Shown here in pieces: positions 24,059-39,924 of a DNA stretch of 64,000 bases. This DNA is from the human T2T-CHM13v2.0 reference genome, Homo sapiens, in the NCBI RefSeq assembly GCF_009914755.1, contig NC_060928.1; one strand, written 5' to 3'. Each line of letters starts with the position of its first letter. Positions within the stretch are counted from its first letter, which is position 1. The notes under the pieces are model-generated. The model worked only from the letters and a program-made list of their open reading frames with translations. It ran no database searches and was not told the DNA's origin. The position numbers and the translations under genes were made by a program.

Positions 24059-26813
24059 AAGGAATATTCTGTAACCATCTAAGAACAACTTCAGTTGATA
24101 AACTGGTCAAAAACTTAAATCTATAGACCTTGCTATAAAATTAATTTTGTTAATATTGAGTTTACTTTTTTAACTTATCTGTATCTGATTCCAAGGATCC
24201 CTTAGTTTTAGCAATTTTTGCCATCATTTAGCATTAATTAAATACAAACTTGTTTAAGTAAATAATGTGTTTTCCTCCAAGAAGCACTCAGAATGCATCA
24301 GGTAACTGGAAACAAATACATATCATGATGGAATGGAGTACATAAAAAATAAAGAGAAAGAGCAGCTTGTTAAATAAAGTAAAACATATTTTAAAATAAT
24401 AATGCAAAGAAAAGGGGGAGAAGGAAAATTAGGGAGGGAAAGGAGTATTTATACTAGCATATCTACTCAAATAATATTATTATGGAAGTTACTAATGTAA
24501 AATATGATGTAATTATAATTTGTGAAAATGCACACAGATTTTTCCATTAGTGCCTGTAACGGAGCCCGTACTTTTCAGGCACATTAAACTGAGTCCCAAC
24601 CCAGCCTCACTACAATCTCCAGTTCTTGTAGCTGTCCATCTACTACAGCATAATCCCAGCTGCCAATCTGAAAGAAACCAGCTAGTCAGAGCAGACACAA
24701 CCAACAGAAACAAACGTCACTCAATAATGTTCAGCGGCACTGTGTTCATGGATAATTTCAAACAGTATCTCTGTCTAGAACATTGATGTGCTCATTCAAA
24801 ACACCTCCATCTCTGGCTACTGGAAATGAGTAGATAAAGCAGCCTGCCTAGAAAAATAAGTGGAATGTCTTCAAAGAGGTTGCCAATGCTAAGAAGCAAA
24901 TGTTGAGAAAACACAGTAAAGGTCTTAAAGGAAAAAAACTCAACAATATCCAGAGAGTTAATTTTCACATTAAGAAGGTTAAATTATTTCTCAAAACCAA
25001 ACAAATATGTTTAAACTATGTCATGAAAAGCAGCAGTCATTGGTTATTCATTTGCTAAGAGTGACCTAGATGAAGTAAAGATGGTGCCTGAAAGGAAACA
25101 GGGGTTCATGACAAAAGTCATCAGTATAATAGAACGGCTCAGAATTCTGTAGGTAGTTAATAGGAAAAAAAATCATAAAAATATTAATATTTTGCTTCAT
25201 GTCCTTGAGTGTATAATTTAGTTACACCTAACTTAACTAGTAAGTCTGCAAAAGACATAATAATGAGCAAAATACAAAGAGTAGCTTTACTGACAACTTT
25301 GATGCTCATTTAATTGAATAAGGGAATTTTTGTCTGATTATTGTGGTTTTGAAGTAAAAGAAAGTCTGGCATAATTTTATGGTATTTTAAATGTAGGTTT
25401 TCAATTAAAACCTGACTAATCCTTACCGTTTATTTGGCTTCTCATTGTACAGTTCCTGCCCTGCACTGTGTCAAATATGCCATCTGTGTAACACACTTTT
25501 GGCCAGAGGTACTTCATGATTATTTCTATAACACTTTGAATTGTGGCTGCATGAAATCTTAACTTCGGTATTCAATACTCCTAATTTACTATATTGCTAC
25601 AACCACTGTAATCGTGTCCTACTCTTAAATCTCACCACAGTCACAACAAAGATTCTTGCGCCACCTGCTTGAAACAGGCTTACAGACCACTCCCCCAACT
25701 ATTTAACAAATGTTAACAATGCTATAAATACTAATTGTGTTTATGCTTTCTGAAAGATTCACTGCAGCCAGTGTTCTGCAGCAGTGTTGGAGCTGCTGAC
25801 TCCCACCAACAGACTGATGGAATTCTAAGCCAAAAATGCTTTTCCTTGGATAAGATATCTGATTTGCTACTGCTGTCATGAAACTGGGGTCATGTAAACT
25901 TAAACACTGCTGCTGCTTCTTTTGGAAAACAGACCTCAGAGTGATTACGCATAGCTAAGACAGCATTTGGAAGGATAAATTTGGAAGAGGGAAAACCAAC
26001 CACTGACACTAAACACAACTTAGGGAAAATTTTCAGGTTTTACTTTCATGTTGAGGTCACTTGTATACAGTAATTCTTTAAACTGGGCAATATCACGGCT
26101 CTCCCCTCTCCCCTATTTATCAATGCAAATAGAGCTGAGTTCCATTTTCAAAAGGAAATTTAAAACTTTAATTAATTTCTGAACTCACATAAACATAAAA
26201 CAATGTATTTACGTGAAAAGTAAAGAAGAAAATGACACTTTTAGAGGAAATGTACCAAGTACTTATAACAAAGTACAAGATGAAAAAGCACAGATAATAT
26301 TGTTCATATTAAGGCTGTCTGACAGCAACATCTACCTGCAAGTATCTTTCAGCCTTTGAAGCCCCACCCCTTCTTCCAACCTCCAGTGTACCCCAAGATC
26401 TGCCCTGGTGTCCCTTATACAACAACTGCTCCAGCCTCTGCTGTGTTTGTACTTTTCCTTTTATCAAAACCTACTGTCCAGTCTTACTCACAGACAGCCA
26501 CATGATTGGAAAGGATTTTTTTTTAAAGGATTTGTAACCAAATAAGTGATCTCTAATGGTAGAATTTCAGGCATTAGGAAAGGACGATGAGTTCTGTAGC
26601 AGAGGCTTTTTTTCTTTACATACACATCAAAGTGCATCAAAGAGGAACTTATAGCTAGACATTAACATGTGACTCTGGCATTAGTTACCAATTTGAGGAT
26701 GAGAGCTTTCTAGTCTCTCACTTTATACTTTTTGTATTATTTGACTCTTGAAATAGTTAACATGTATTGCTTTGATAAATACATTTTTAAAGCACTTTGT
26801 ATAACTATTTAAT

Positions 26814-26816
<3 letters not shown>

Positions 26817-26847
<31 letters not shown>
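26817..26847. repeat. (CA)n microsatellite
   Basis: Direct read. Confidence 0.95.
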
Positions 26848-26848
<1 letters not shown>

Positions 26849-27721
26849 GTAGTGAACCCAGAGTTCTAGAATTCAGGAATCTTAAGCCAAAAGCCTTCTT
26901 GCTTTTAGATAATGACAAAAACTACAATTAACAGCGATACACCTAAGATATTTTCCCTGAAAGTAGAAGTGTTCTTTGTGCTCTCCCTCAAATATGATGG
27001 GAAAAATGAAGAAATAAACTCAAATGTTAAAAAGTATGAAAACTCCCATAGCTCAGTGGATTAAATAACATATATAGAAAATTAAGAGATTGGAGGTACT
27101 CTGATTTCTGAGTGAGATAAAAGTTAAGAAATTGTAAATTCCTTCATTCCTGTCAAAGTTACACGAAGATCATTATAGACGGTCAGTACCCTAACAACAT
27201 TGAATGTTGAGAAAGAACATGGCCAAAACCCAGAACGCAATTACAAAAGACCTCTGAACAGCCAAAAACGAAGTCAGTATTCATATCCTCATGTTAACAT
27301 ACATTGCTTGTTCAAATTTTCAAGAAGCAGATTCTTTCCCCCTGAAAAGGGAGAAAGAGTTGTGTTTGGCTTTTTTTCTCTCTCTGATTTTCAAGAGACA
27401 TAATTTTTTAGAATATAGAAAGAGGCAAATTAAAGAATTCCATGATCTCATTAACCAAAGATAATGACCATGAACATTTTGGGGTCCATAATTCCAGACT
27501 TTTCCTCATGCATTTGTATTTTATATGTTCCATAACATTGTCTATTATTCACTGTAATATGGCAAAATATTCTTCCATGGTAATATATATAGATTTACAC
27601 AGCAACATTTTTGATGATACACAGTATTCTACTGTGTAAATTTACCAATATTTAATTAACTACTTCTCTACTGGAAATTTACGTTGCTCCTTTTCCTTTT
27701 TTTTTTTTTTTGCTATTATGA

Positions 27722-28090
27722 TAATACGGTTTGGCTGCGTCCCTACCCAAATCTCATCTTGAATTGTAGTTCCCACAATCCCCACATCGTGAGAAGGACC
27801 CCGTCGGAGGTAACTGAATCATGGTGGTGGTTTCCCCCATACTATTCTTGTGATGGTAAGTTCTCACGAGATCTGATGGTTTTATAACGGGCATCCTCCT
27901 TCGCTCAGCTCTCATTCTTCTCTCTCCTGCCGCCTTGCAAAGAAGGATATGTTTGCTTCCCCTTTCACCATGGCTGTAAGTTTCCTGAGGCCTCCCTAGC
28001 CATGTGGAACTGAGTCAATTAAACCTCTTTCCTTTAGAATTACCCAGTCTCGGGTATGTCCTCATAGCAGCATGAGAACAGACTAATACA
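27722..28090 (+). mobile_element. THE1 solo LTR (ERVL-MaLR)
   Basis: ggtttggctgcgtccctacccaaatctcatcttgaattgtagttccc ... gactaataca; 5-bp TSD TATGA (27717-27721 / 28091-28095). Confidence 0.93.
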
Positions 28091-28377
28091 TATGAACTAT
28101 ATAACTGAATATTTTTTTCACACTTGGTCAATTATTACTTTTGGTTAGAGTTCTAAGTAAATAGTACATGAACATTTTAATAATTGATACAGATTGCTAT
28201 AAAGATTCAACCTATTTTCATCCTCACCAAATATATGACAGTATCTGTTTTCTCATACTGCACCAACATTAAAATTTTTATTATTTTTAATCTTAGATAA
28301 TCTAGTGGACACAAATGTTATTGTGTGTTCAATTTAATGTCATTGATTAATAGTGAGGATGAACTACTTCTCTTACT

Positions 28378-28486
28378 GGGTCCTGCTCTTTGCCCAGGCT
28401 GGTCTCAAACTCCTGGGCCTAAGCGATCCTCCCACCTTGGCCTCCCAAAGCATTGGAATTACAGGTGTGAACCACTGTGCCCAGCT
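28378..28486 (-). mobile_element. Alu left-monomer/FLAM fragment
   Basis: gcccaggctggtctcaaactcctgggc..cctcccaaagc.. Confidence 0.85.
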
Positions 28487-29004
28487 TAAAGTGCTTTTCA
28501 TATGTGACTTGCATTTCATCTTTCATGAGTTTTCTATTCCTGTACTTTGTTATTTGTTGTTGCTTTAGATGTACAGAAACATCCTTTTCATGTAGTGTTT
28601 ATACGTGAATATATTAATTTCCTTAAGGATTTTTAGCTTTGATATTAGACTTACAAAGGCCTTCCCCTTCATGTAATCAGGAACAGAAATGTCAGTGTGA
28701 CAGGACACATCGATGAGGAAGAGAACAGACGACATGAGATCAGGGAGGTATGCAGGGCCAGATCATGTGAGTCAAGCAGATTTTATTCTATGTTTGATGT
28801 GAAATAGGAAAGTTTAAGAAGGAAGTGAAATGATCTGACTTACAGTTTCAAATACCACTTTGGCAGCTCGGTGGAAAGTGGACTGTAGGTAGGCAGGGAC
28901 AGAAAAAGGTGACCTGGTCTACTAGCGTTAGTCCAGTGGGGAGAGTATGGTGGCGGCTTGAACTAATGATGAACAGATATGAATGGTTTCCAAATATGTT
29001 TTAG

Positions 29005-29319
<315 letters not shown>

Positions 29320-32300
29320 TATCACCAACTTCTTATGCTCTCCCTTCCTACCACACGATTTTTTCAAGTCATAGAGCCATACTGTGCTCTTTTCCACATG
29401 CCATACTCTCCGCTTTGAATGTCCCTTCCATTTCTTTTGCTTCACTGACTTAACTCAAATTTCTTAAGGATTATGTTCAGACAGTTGATACTTTCTTAAC
29501 CTGGGTTAGAAATGTCTCCTTTGTGCTCCCGTATTCAGTGACTGTCACATTGCCATATATATAATATATATATATTTATTTACATACACACAGACATATG
29601 CATATATGTGTATTTTTTAAAAAAATATATTTCTTACCTACTAAACTTCATCAATGAACTATTTCATACTAAGATACTAATGTCTAGATAGCTTTCAACC
29701 TTTGTATATTGCAAATAGCATTTATATGAAAATTAATGGGTGAATTCTGGATAAGGATATAGAATTGTTCTAGAAACCATGCCTATAGATATGATTATAC
29801 TTTAAATATATTAATTTAAGGAAAATACTTATGTTAAATCTTTTAGAAGAGGGAAAATTATTTTATAAAATATTCATCATGTATTTAATTTGTGGATTTC
29901 GATTTTAAGAGAATTTTTTTAATTCGTAAAAATAGTTATTCTTACTCATATCTGACCCTGAGTTCAAATATTCTAATTTTTATCTTTTTTGAAAATTTCT
30001 TCTTTCCTTGGGTTTTACGTTTTTCAAAAATGGGGTTAGAAAGGCTTAATAAGATTGTGTTTGAAAGAAAAGACATGAATGAGCCAAATCAAAATCAGCA
30101 GAATAATCAGAAAATGACCAACTTTTATTTATTTGTCCCTTATCTATAAAAGAATATATGTAATATTGAGGAACTAGAATAGATTAAAAAAATGTTAAAG
30201 GCAGTGAAAAAAAGAATAGTGCCAAAATACAGAGAAATAAAGAAGAGTAAACAGATAAAGATAAGACTATATTCTTAAGTTGGGGTCACAAGATATTTTT
30301 TGAAAGATTAGCATATTTGTCCGAAAAAGAATTCTTTCTGGTGTGTGATATATGTAAATGCAGACATAGTTGTATATTGATAACCCAGCTGTTTTCTAAA
30401 AATTAAAAACAACATAAAAGTTTAATGTGCTGCAGGCTGTTTCTCTGATTACTCTTCCTCCTCTTATGGTTATTATTTCTATCGTTTAGTGCTCTTTTTA
30501 TAGAGAGATTATTTTTATGATCACTTACTATGCCATGTGTATTAACCATTCATTATACAATGGAAACTTTCTCAAGAAGAATGGCGCTTTTCCCAAAATA
30601 GTAGGTGATTACATGACTTGTATGTACACAACTTGCCTCTGTATGACTGGGAACGTATTTCCAGACTGAATTAAGTGTATAGAAGTGAACAGAAATAAGT
30701 AAAAGTATAGCTACTGAACAGAAATTAGTCTAATTTGCTTTTGATACTGGAAAGGTACAAATCTATCCTTGTACCATGATTGTGGTTTTGCAGAAATAAT
30801 GCTTTAATATAAATCAAGCAGATATACAAATGTGCTAATATTAATGATATTAAAGCACCTTAGAGAAACAAGATTCTGAAGAAAAGAGAGGCGTGGCCTG
30901 GAGGTGGGGGTGGGGAGTAAATTAGTAGAAGGCAATAGTGAAAGTTTCACAACTGACATGAAGCCTGTGACAAGACTTGACTTGGAGGCTGTCCCAGGCT
31001 GGGCACTGCAGGGACATGCTTGGCTGTGGGAGAGCAGTAGGAGCTAACTCCCTGGTGCTCTTGTTTAGCTGTACTCCGATCCTAAAGTTTTAAAGGAAAC
31101 ACTGTTTATGAAGACAGAGAGGCAGTCATTAACCATCCCTTCTAACAGTTCTCCACCCTCACAGCACTTTGTATCACCTTACCCACTTCTATTTTCTTTA
31201 TAGCACTTGTTATAATTGAAATTACAGTCTTTAAATTTTATTTTCTGTGTGCCCCATTAGAATGTGAGCTCCAGGAGGGAACAGACTTTGCCTGTCTTGC
31301 TCATCTCCACATTTTTAGCATCCTGAACAAAACGAATATTTGTTGAATAAATGAATTAGTAATGAATAAAAGGATAAACTTTCCCAGTTTATCACTCCCT
31401 TCCTTCCTTTCTTATCTACTCAATCCAGCCCAGGTTCACGTTTCATCTTTTCTACAACATCCCTTTAACAGTTTCATCAGCCACCCTTGCACCTTCAATC
31501 CTTTTTCATACATTTCACCATACTTCCATGGCAAACCCCACCTGTGTCTATCTTTCTGTCTCTCTCTCCACAAACACACAGGCGTGCACACACACACATC
31601 CCTCTCTGTTCAACTTTTTTCTACACCTATTCTCCTGATGTTGAAAACACAGAAAAACAATATTGAAAGGAAATTATAATTATTGAGCAGCACCCATTAA
31701 GTATAAATATTATCTCATCCTTAGCACAAACCCTCATAAACAGAATCTTGTTGCCTTTCCACCTCATTCATACACATTTACTTACACAAGTCCCCATGCT
31801 ATCCGTCTACTCTCCAATCTGAGATGAGGCCCTATTGTTCCCTCCTGTTCAGTGCTTATCTCTATCTATGCTCTGGGTTTTGTTCTTCTCCACTTTCACA
31901 CAGAGCTTGATAGTGTATTACACACTTTCTCTCCTGCATGTCTGACATGCTTCCCTCCTTTTGGATCTTTCCCATTAATATAGAAACATAGTCCAATATT
32001 TACTCATTAAAAAAAAATTATCCTTTAGAGCAACTGCTGGCGCATATAAAGATTTCTTTTTGTGGTGACAAAAATGCTCTTAAATTGTGGTGATGCTTGT
32101 ACAACTCTGTGAATATACTAAAAACTATCATAAACTTTAAATGGGTGAATTGTAACATATGTGAACTATATCTCAATAAAGCTTAAATTATTTTCTTTAT
32201 TTACTGTGTTTACTTCAACATCTCCCATTCATAACACAATCCTCTACTTTCTAAGCTATTTCTCTAAGATCACCAATGACCTCTTAGAAAAATCCAGTCA

Positions 32301-32416
32301 GTACTTTTTAGTTCTTATTTGTTCAATCTTCTTTCAGATTCTAAACAAACATATTAGTAACATGGGGCTATGTCACCAACCTTCAGTGGTTCCCTACTGC
32401 CTTATGATGCAGTTAA

Positions 32417-32702
<286 letters not shown>

Positions 32703-33665
32703 GAAAATTATGTTTTATGGTATTGAAGACTGTTTAAGATCTGGCTCCTGTGTCTCTCTCTCTCTCATCTGCTAACCTTTACTTCATTCCACATATACCA
32801 TATTCTCTAGCCATCTCTTTTATCTATGTGCAGGAAGGGTATGCAGTTGCCTCTGTGTAGGTAACTTCTGCTCATGACTCTACCCAATGATCTTATTCAT
32901 CCTTCAATATGCAACTCCAGCCTCTCATTCTCTGGAAAACATGCCTGGATTCTGTCAGTTTGGGCTTAGTACCTATCCTATGCTTGTGCATACATACTTA
33001 CATATATTTATCTCTGTACTGAATTTATCAGATTATATTATAATTGTTTAGTTACACTTATTTTCCCATTAGATAATGAACTCTAGCTGAGGGAGGGCAG
33101 GGACTTTGCCTTTCAACCCTTTAACCTTATTACATGATTCGGGTTTAGTAAAAGGTTGTTGAAAAAATGAATAAATTAATGACCTATTCATGTTTTCTGC
33201 TTTCTTGCCTCACTTAACAATGAACTCAGCATGCGTCCACTAGGAAATGGTCTCTGATAACTTCTCTAGTGTTAATGTTTTATGATTCTTTCTATGATCT
33301 AATCAGTAGTTCATATTCCTTTTATAGCTGTGTTTTCTAACCCAGGGATTTAACTGTGAGCAACATAAGGGAAAGAACTAACACTTGCTGAGTACTTATG
33401 AGGGGATAGGCACCATGCCAGGCGGTTTACATGCATTATATGTCATCTCATCCTCTGTAGAGTGGGCATTATCGTATGACTTCTATATATAGGAAACAGA
33501 GTCTGAGGAACACAACTAGTAGGCATCAGGGCCATGACTCAAATTCAAATTTATTTATTTGTTTGTTTCTTTGTTCATTCTATTATATCAAACTGCATTA
33601 TACTATAGGATTTAGCACTGGTAAATGGTATGAAAAGGCTATAATAAAAGACTATTCCCCTCAAC

Positions 33666-33959
33666 CTTTTTTTTTGAGACAGGGTCTCACTCTGTTGCTC
33701 AGGCTGGATTGCCATGGTACAATCATGGCTCACTGCAGCCTTGACCTCCTGGGCTCAAGCAATCCTCCCACCTCCCACAGCACCCAATAGCTGGAATTAT
33801 AGGTGTACACCACCACACCCAAACAATTTTTAAATTTGTTGTGGAGATGGGGCCTCACTTTGTTGCCCAGGCTGCTCTTGAACCCCTGGACTCAAGTGAT
33901 CCTCCTGCCGTGGCCTTCCAAAATGCTGGGATTACACGTGTAAGCCACTGCGCCTGGCC
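33666..33959 (-). mobile_element. AluJ
   Basis: Reverse Alu dimer. Confidence 0.9.
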
Positions 33960-34331
33960 CCATTTATTTTAATGATATTCAGAAAGTTTTATAAATTAAA
34001 TGTGTGTATTTATTTTAATAGTGCTAAGTAACAAAGCGATATATTCTCATTTCAAGAATATCAAATACCTACCATACTTAGAATATCACAGGCCATGTTT
34101 AATAAATGCCAAATCTAATACAGAATATATATTATATATAAGTCTATATAATGTATAATATAAAAACAAATTAAGGTGTGATGTGTGGAAGACTATCAGT
34201 TAAGGCTTAATTTTCTCATAATTAACTACTTAGGATTGTGGTGAAGAAAAGGAAGTCAAACTTAAAGCAAAAGTTTTAACGGTCTTTAGCAAAAGTTGAT
34301 CATAAAAAATAAATATTAAAAACTTATCTGT

Positions 34332-35560
<1,229 letters not shown>

Positions 35561-35782
35561 CAATTTTATTTGAAATTATAATGTGTTAGTTTAGGTGAAA
35601 GAAAAAATATAATTGAGCTTACACCTATATTCAAATATATATCTAATGTCTACATGGAGTATTCCCACTTTGAAATATCCTACCAAGTCAATTTAACATT
35701 TATTTTTCCATTGTCTGATCACATATGCTGAACTCAGAGTAAGAAAAGATGGTCAAAGACAAACATAAGTCTTCTAACTCTC

Positions 35783-35970
35783 TGCTGTACAATGCTGTAT
35801 CCTCTAGTCATCTGTGCCTATTTAAATTTATATTAATTAAAATTAAGCATTTAGTTCCTTAGTCACACTAGCCACATTTCAATGTACAATAACTACATAT
35901 GGTTCATGGTTTATTAGACAGTGCAGATAGAGAACATTTCCAGCACTGCAGAAAATTCTAGACAGTGTTC
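35783..35970. mobile_element. MER3 (hAT-Charlie MITE)
   Basis: ttagttccttagtcacactagccacatttcaa..gacagtgcagatagagaacatttcc. Confidence 0.8.
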
Positions 35971-37826
35971 TTCTAGATTAACGCACAGTAAACTTCCTTA
36001 AACAATCATTGGTGTGTAAGTGGGGACAGTGGTCAATCCAGAATAAAAATAAAAAGCCAAGCACATAGAGTGACTCATAGAGGAAATGACTAGCTGATTG
36101 AGTGTACTACTTGTTAACTAGCCATGACAAACAGATATAGGCCAAGTGACATTTTTAATCATGAAAACATTGCGTAACCTTTAATGAAAAGTAGAGCTAC
36201 TTATGTCATCTTGGACATACCAAGAGACAAGTCTTTTAAGTAATAGGATCTTGCATTGAGAGAAACAGTGTTAAGCATATTTTCACAGCAACTCTATAGA
36301 ACATTACAGAATTTCAAAATTAGAAATACGGAGATTGCATATAGTGACACAAAAAATATATACTGGCATAGTAAGTACAACCAATTTATGCTGGTACAAA
36401 AAACAATATGCTGGTATATTAAATACAACCAATCTCTTTTTAAGAAATTATAAAATCAGTTCTACAGTGAGAATTCAGTTATATATCAGCTATGTAGAGA
36501 TATGGATAATTACTACAGGATAACAGGAGAAAACAAAAATAGCTGGTATATTTGTTGAAGAATTATGGGCATTTAACAGAATAAAGTATTACGTTCAAAT
36601 ATTGCCAAAACGAACAAAAAAAAGAAAGTAAATAGGCCTATGCTATTTTATCCCAACAATAAAACTATGCAGTGTTTTGTAACACTACCTGTATGTTGCT
36701 CTCACCTCAATACCTTTATGGAATCCTATGTATATTCTGTGTCATACAGTCAATTGATGTTCTGATCAAATAAAATACCCCCAGAAGGAGTATTTTCAAA
36801 AAACTGAACAACTGGAAGAGTCTTTAAGAGTTTATGTGACCCAATTCTCTGCTACCACAGTTTTTAAAACTGAAACATAGCAATTTAAAACTTGGGCAAT
36901 TTAATGCAAGTGTACATCTAGTACACAGTGCTTTTGTGTGCATGCTAACTTATCTAGCACATAAGCCAGGTGATAATATGCCAATTTATTTAAATATGTA
37001 CTTACATACCTTCCGCATGATCAGATCTTAGTAGAACTATAAAAGAATGCATCAAGTGCTAGGGAAAAATGGCAAATCTCACACATTACAAATAATGTTC
37101 CCTTCAAAGTGATATATAACTTGCCCCATGAATCAAAGCTCCTGGTTTCCTAAACGCAGTTGTGTTCTAAAATTGTACAGATTAAGGTTGTATCATTCAA
37201 TTCTATAATTTTTCATATGAAGTATATTGGAATTAGAAGGATGCATAATTAGATTAGAAATACTAAAAAAAGTAAGGTCTTCTACAGACTTTTTGGTGAG
37301 TGCTGCATTTGCCAAAATCATGTTTTAAGTGTTTTACTTGAGAAAATAAATGACAAGAATAAAACAAGTTCAATAACATCTAACAACAATTTGATCACAT
37401 AGGAAAGATTTGGACTTCAACCCCCCCATTAACTTCTATGTGGTTATATATGTTCTTAGGTATTACATATAAATATGTGTTTTATCACATTTCAATAAAT
37501 TTATGCTCATAATCATATCTCTTTAATGAATTATTACTATTTTCCTACAAAAATCATGAGTAACCCCCAAAGTTATATAAAATTATAAATAAGATTATTT
37601 ATACCTTAACAGGTTCAAATAGAAAAAGCCGTCATCTTATATTGGGTCAAACATTTTGTTGGAAGGAACCTCTGGGTTCAAGTTCTTGCTAGGTCACTGA
37701 TAAATTATTCTGCTTAAGGCACTTTACATCTAGTTTCACTTTCTTCATCACTAAAATCAAAGGATGGGGGAGGTGTTCTCTAGCTCCTTCTAGTTTAAAT
37801 ATACCTGACTATAAGTTGCTTTCTCA

Positions 37827-38051
<225 letters not shown>

Positions 38052-38139
38052 TTAAAAATATAGAGAGACATTTAGAGCAATCAGTAAAGTTTAACACTAA
38101 CTTTACTGTGAACAAAGATTTTTAAAAAACAAAACTTGT

Positions 38140-38461
<322 letters not shown>

Positions 38462-39259
38462 CTACCAGAATCTGTCCTCCTTTGTTTATAATTAGAGGCT
38501 TTCCGGCACTTGGCATAATTAATTACAATAAATGTGTAAGTTTCAGTATTTTTCTACCGTACTGACAGCACTGAGGACCAGGACTGGGCCTATCTTGGTC
38601 ACATTTGTAACTCAGGGCCTGACAGGTACTCGATTTATGCTTCAAAGAAAGGAAGCCATACAAGGCAAAGACTATTTTGGGAAACTAAATGTGAAAATGT
38701 TAAAAATTTACCATCCACTTGAAATATTTATTATTTTTCTAGAATTAAAATATTTTGTAGTCTATTTCAACATGTTTAACCAAATTATTTAGTTATGTTG
38801 ATTGAGTTCTTATGCTAACAAATTAGATTTTGTGGGGGATACCTATAATTACTGAATTTTTATTCTAGGTATTAATATCAAACCTGACCAAATATTTGAT
38901 GCTATTAACATAATAGTGTCCAATAAATAACGAATGAACACAATCAAGTATTTGGTTGAGATGCTAGGCACAAGATCCATTTCCTATCCATCATTATATT
39001 CCCAGCTACAAGCGTTGTGCCTAAAACATAATAGATGCCAATAATGTTTGGTGAATTTAATAACGTTATAAATACTAAAGACTTTTAAAAACTAAAGATA
39101 TTTTTTAGGAAAGTATCCATCTTTATATTATTTAATATTGTTCAAAATCATTCCAACATCAAAGTTTAGCATTATGGATTAGTTTAACAATAAATAATTA
39201 TATTAAAATCAAAGAGTTTTCAAACATAAACTCTAAAGCTTAATTAAAAGTATACAGTA

Positions 39260-39924
<665 letters not shown>

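Noticed and set aside
36350-36435. Degenerate ~47-bp repeat (tatgctggt...tacaaccaat)
   Set aside because: Two short diverged units in AT-rich DNA; too weak to interpret
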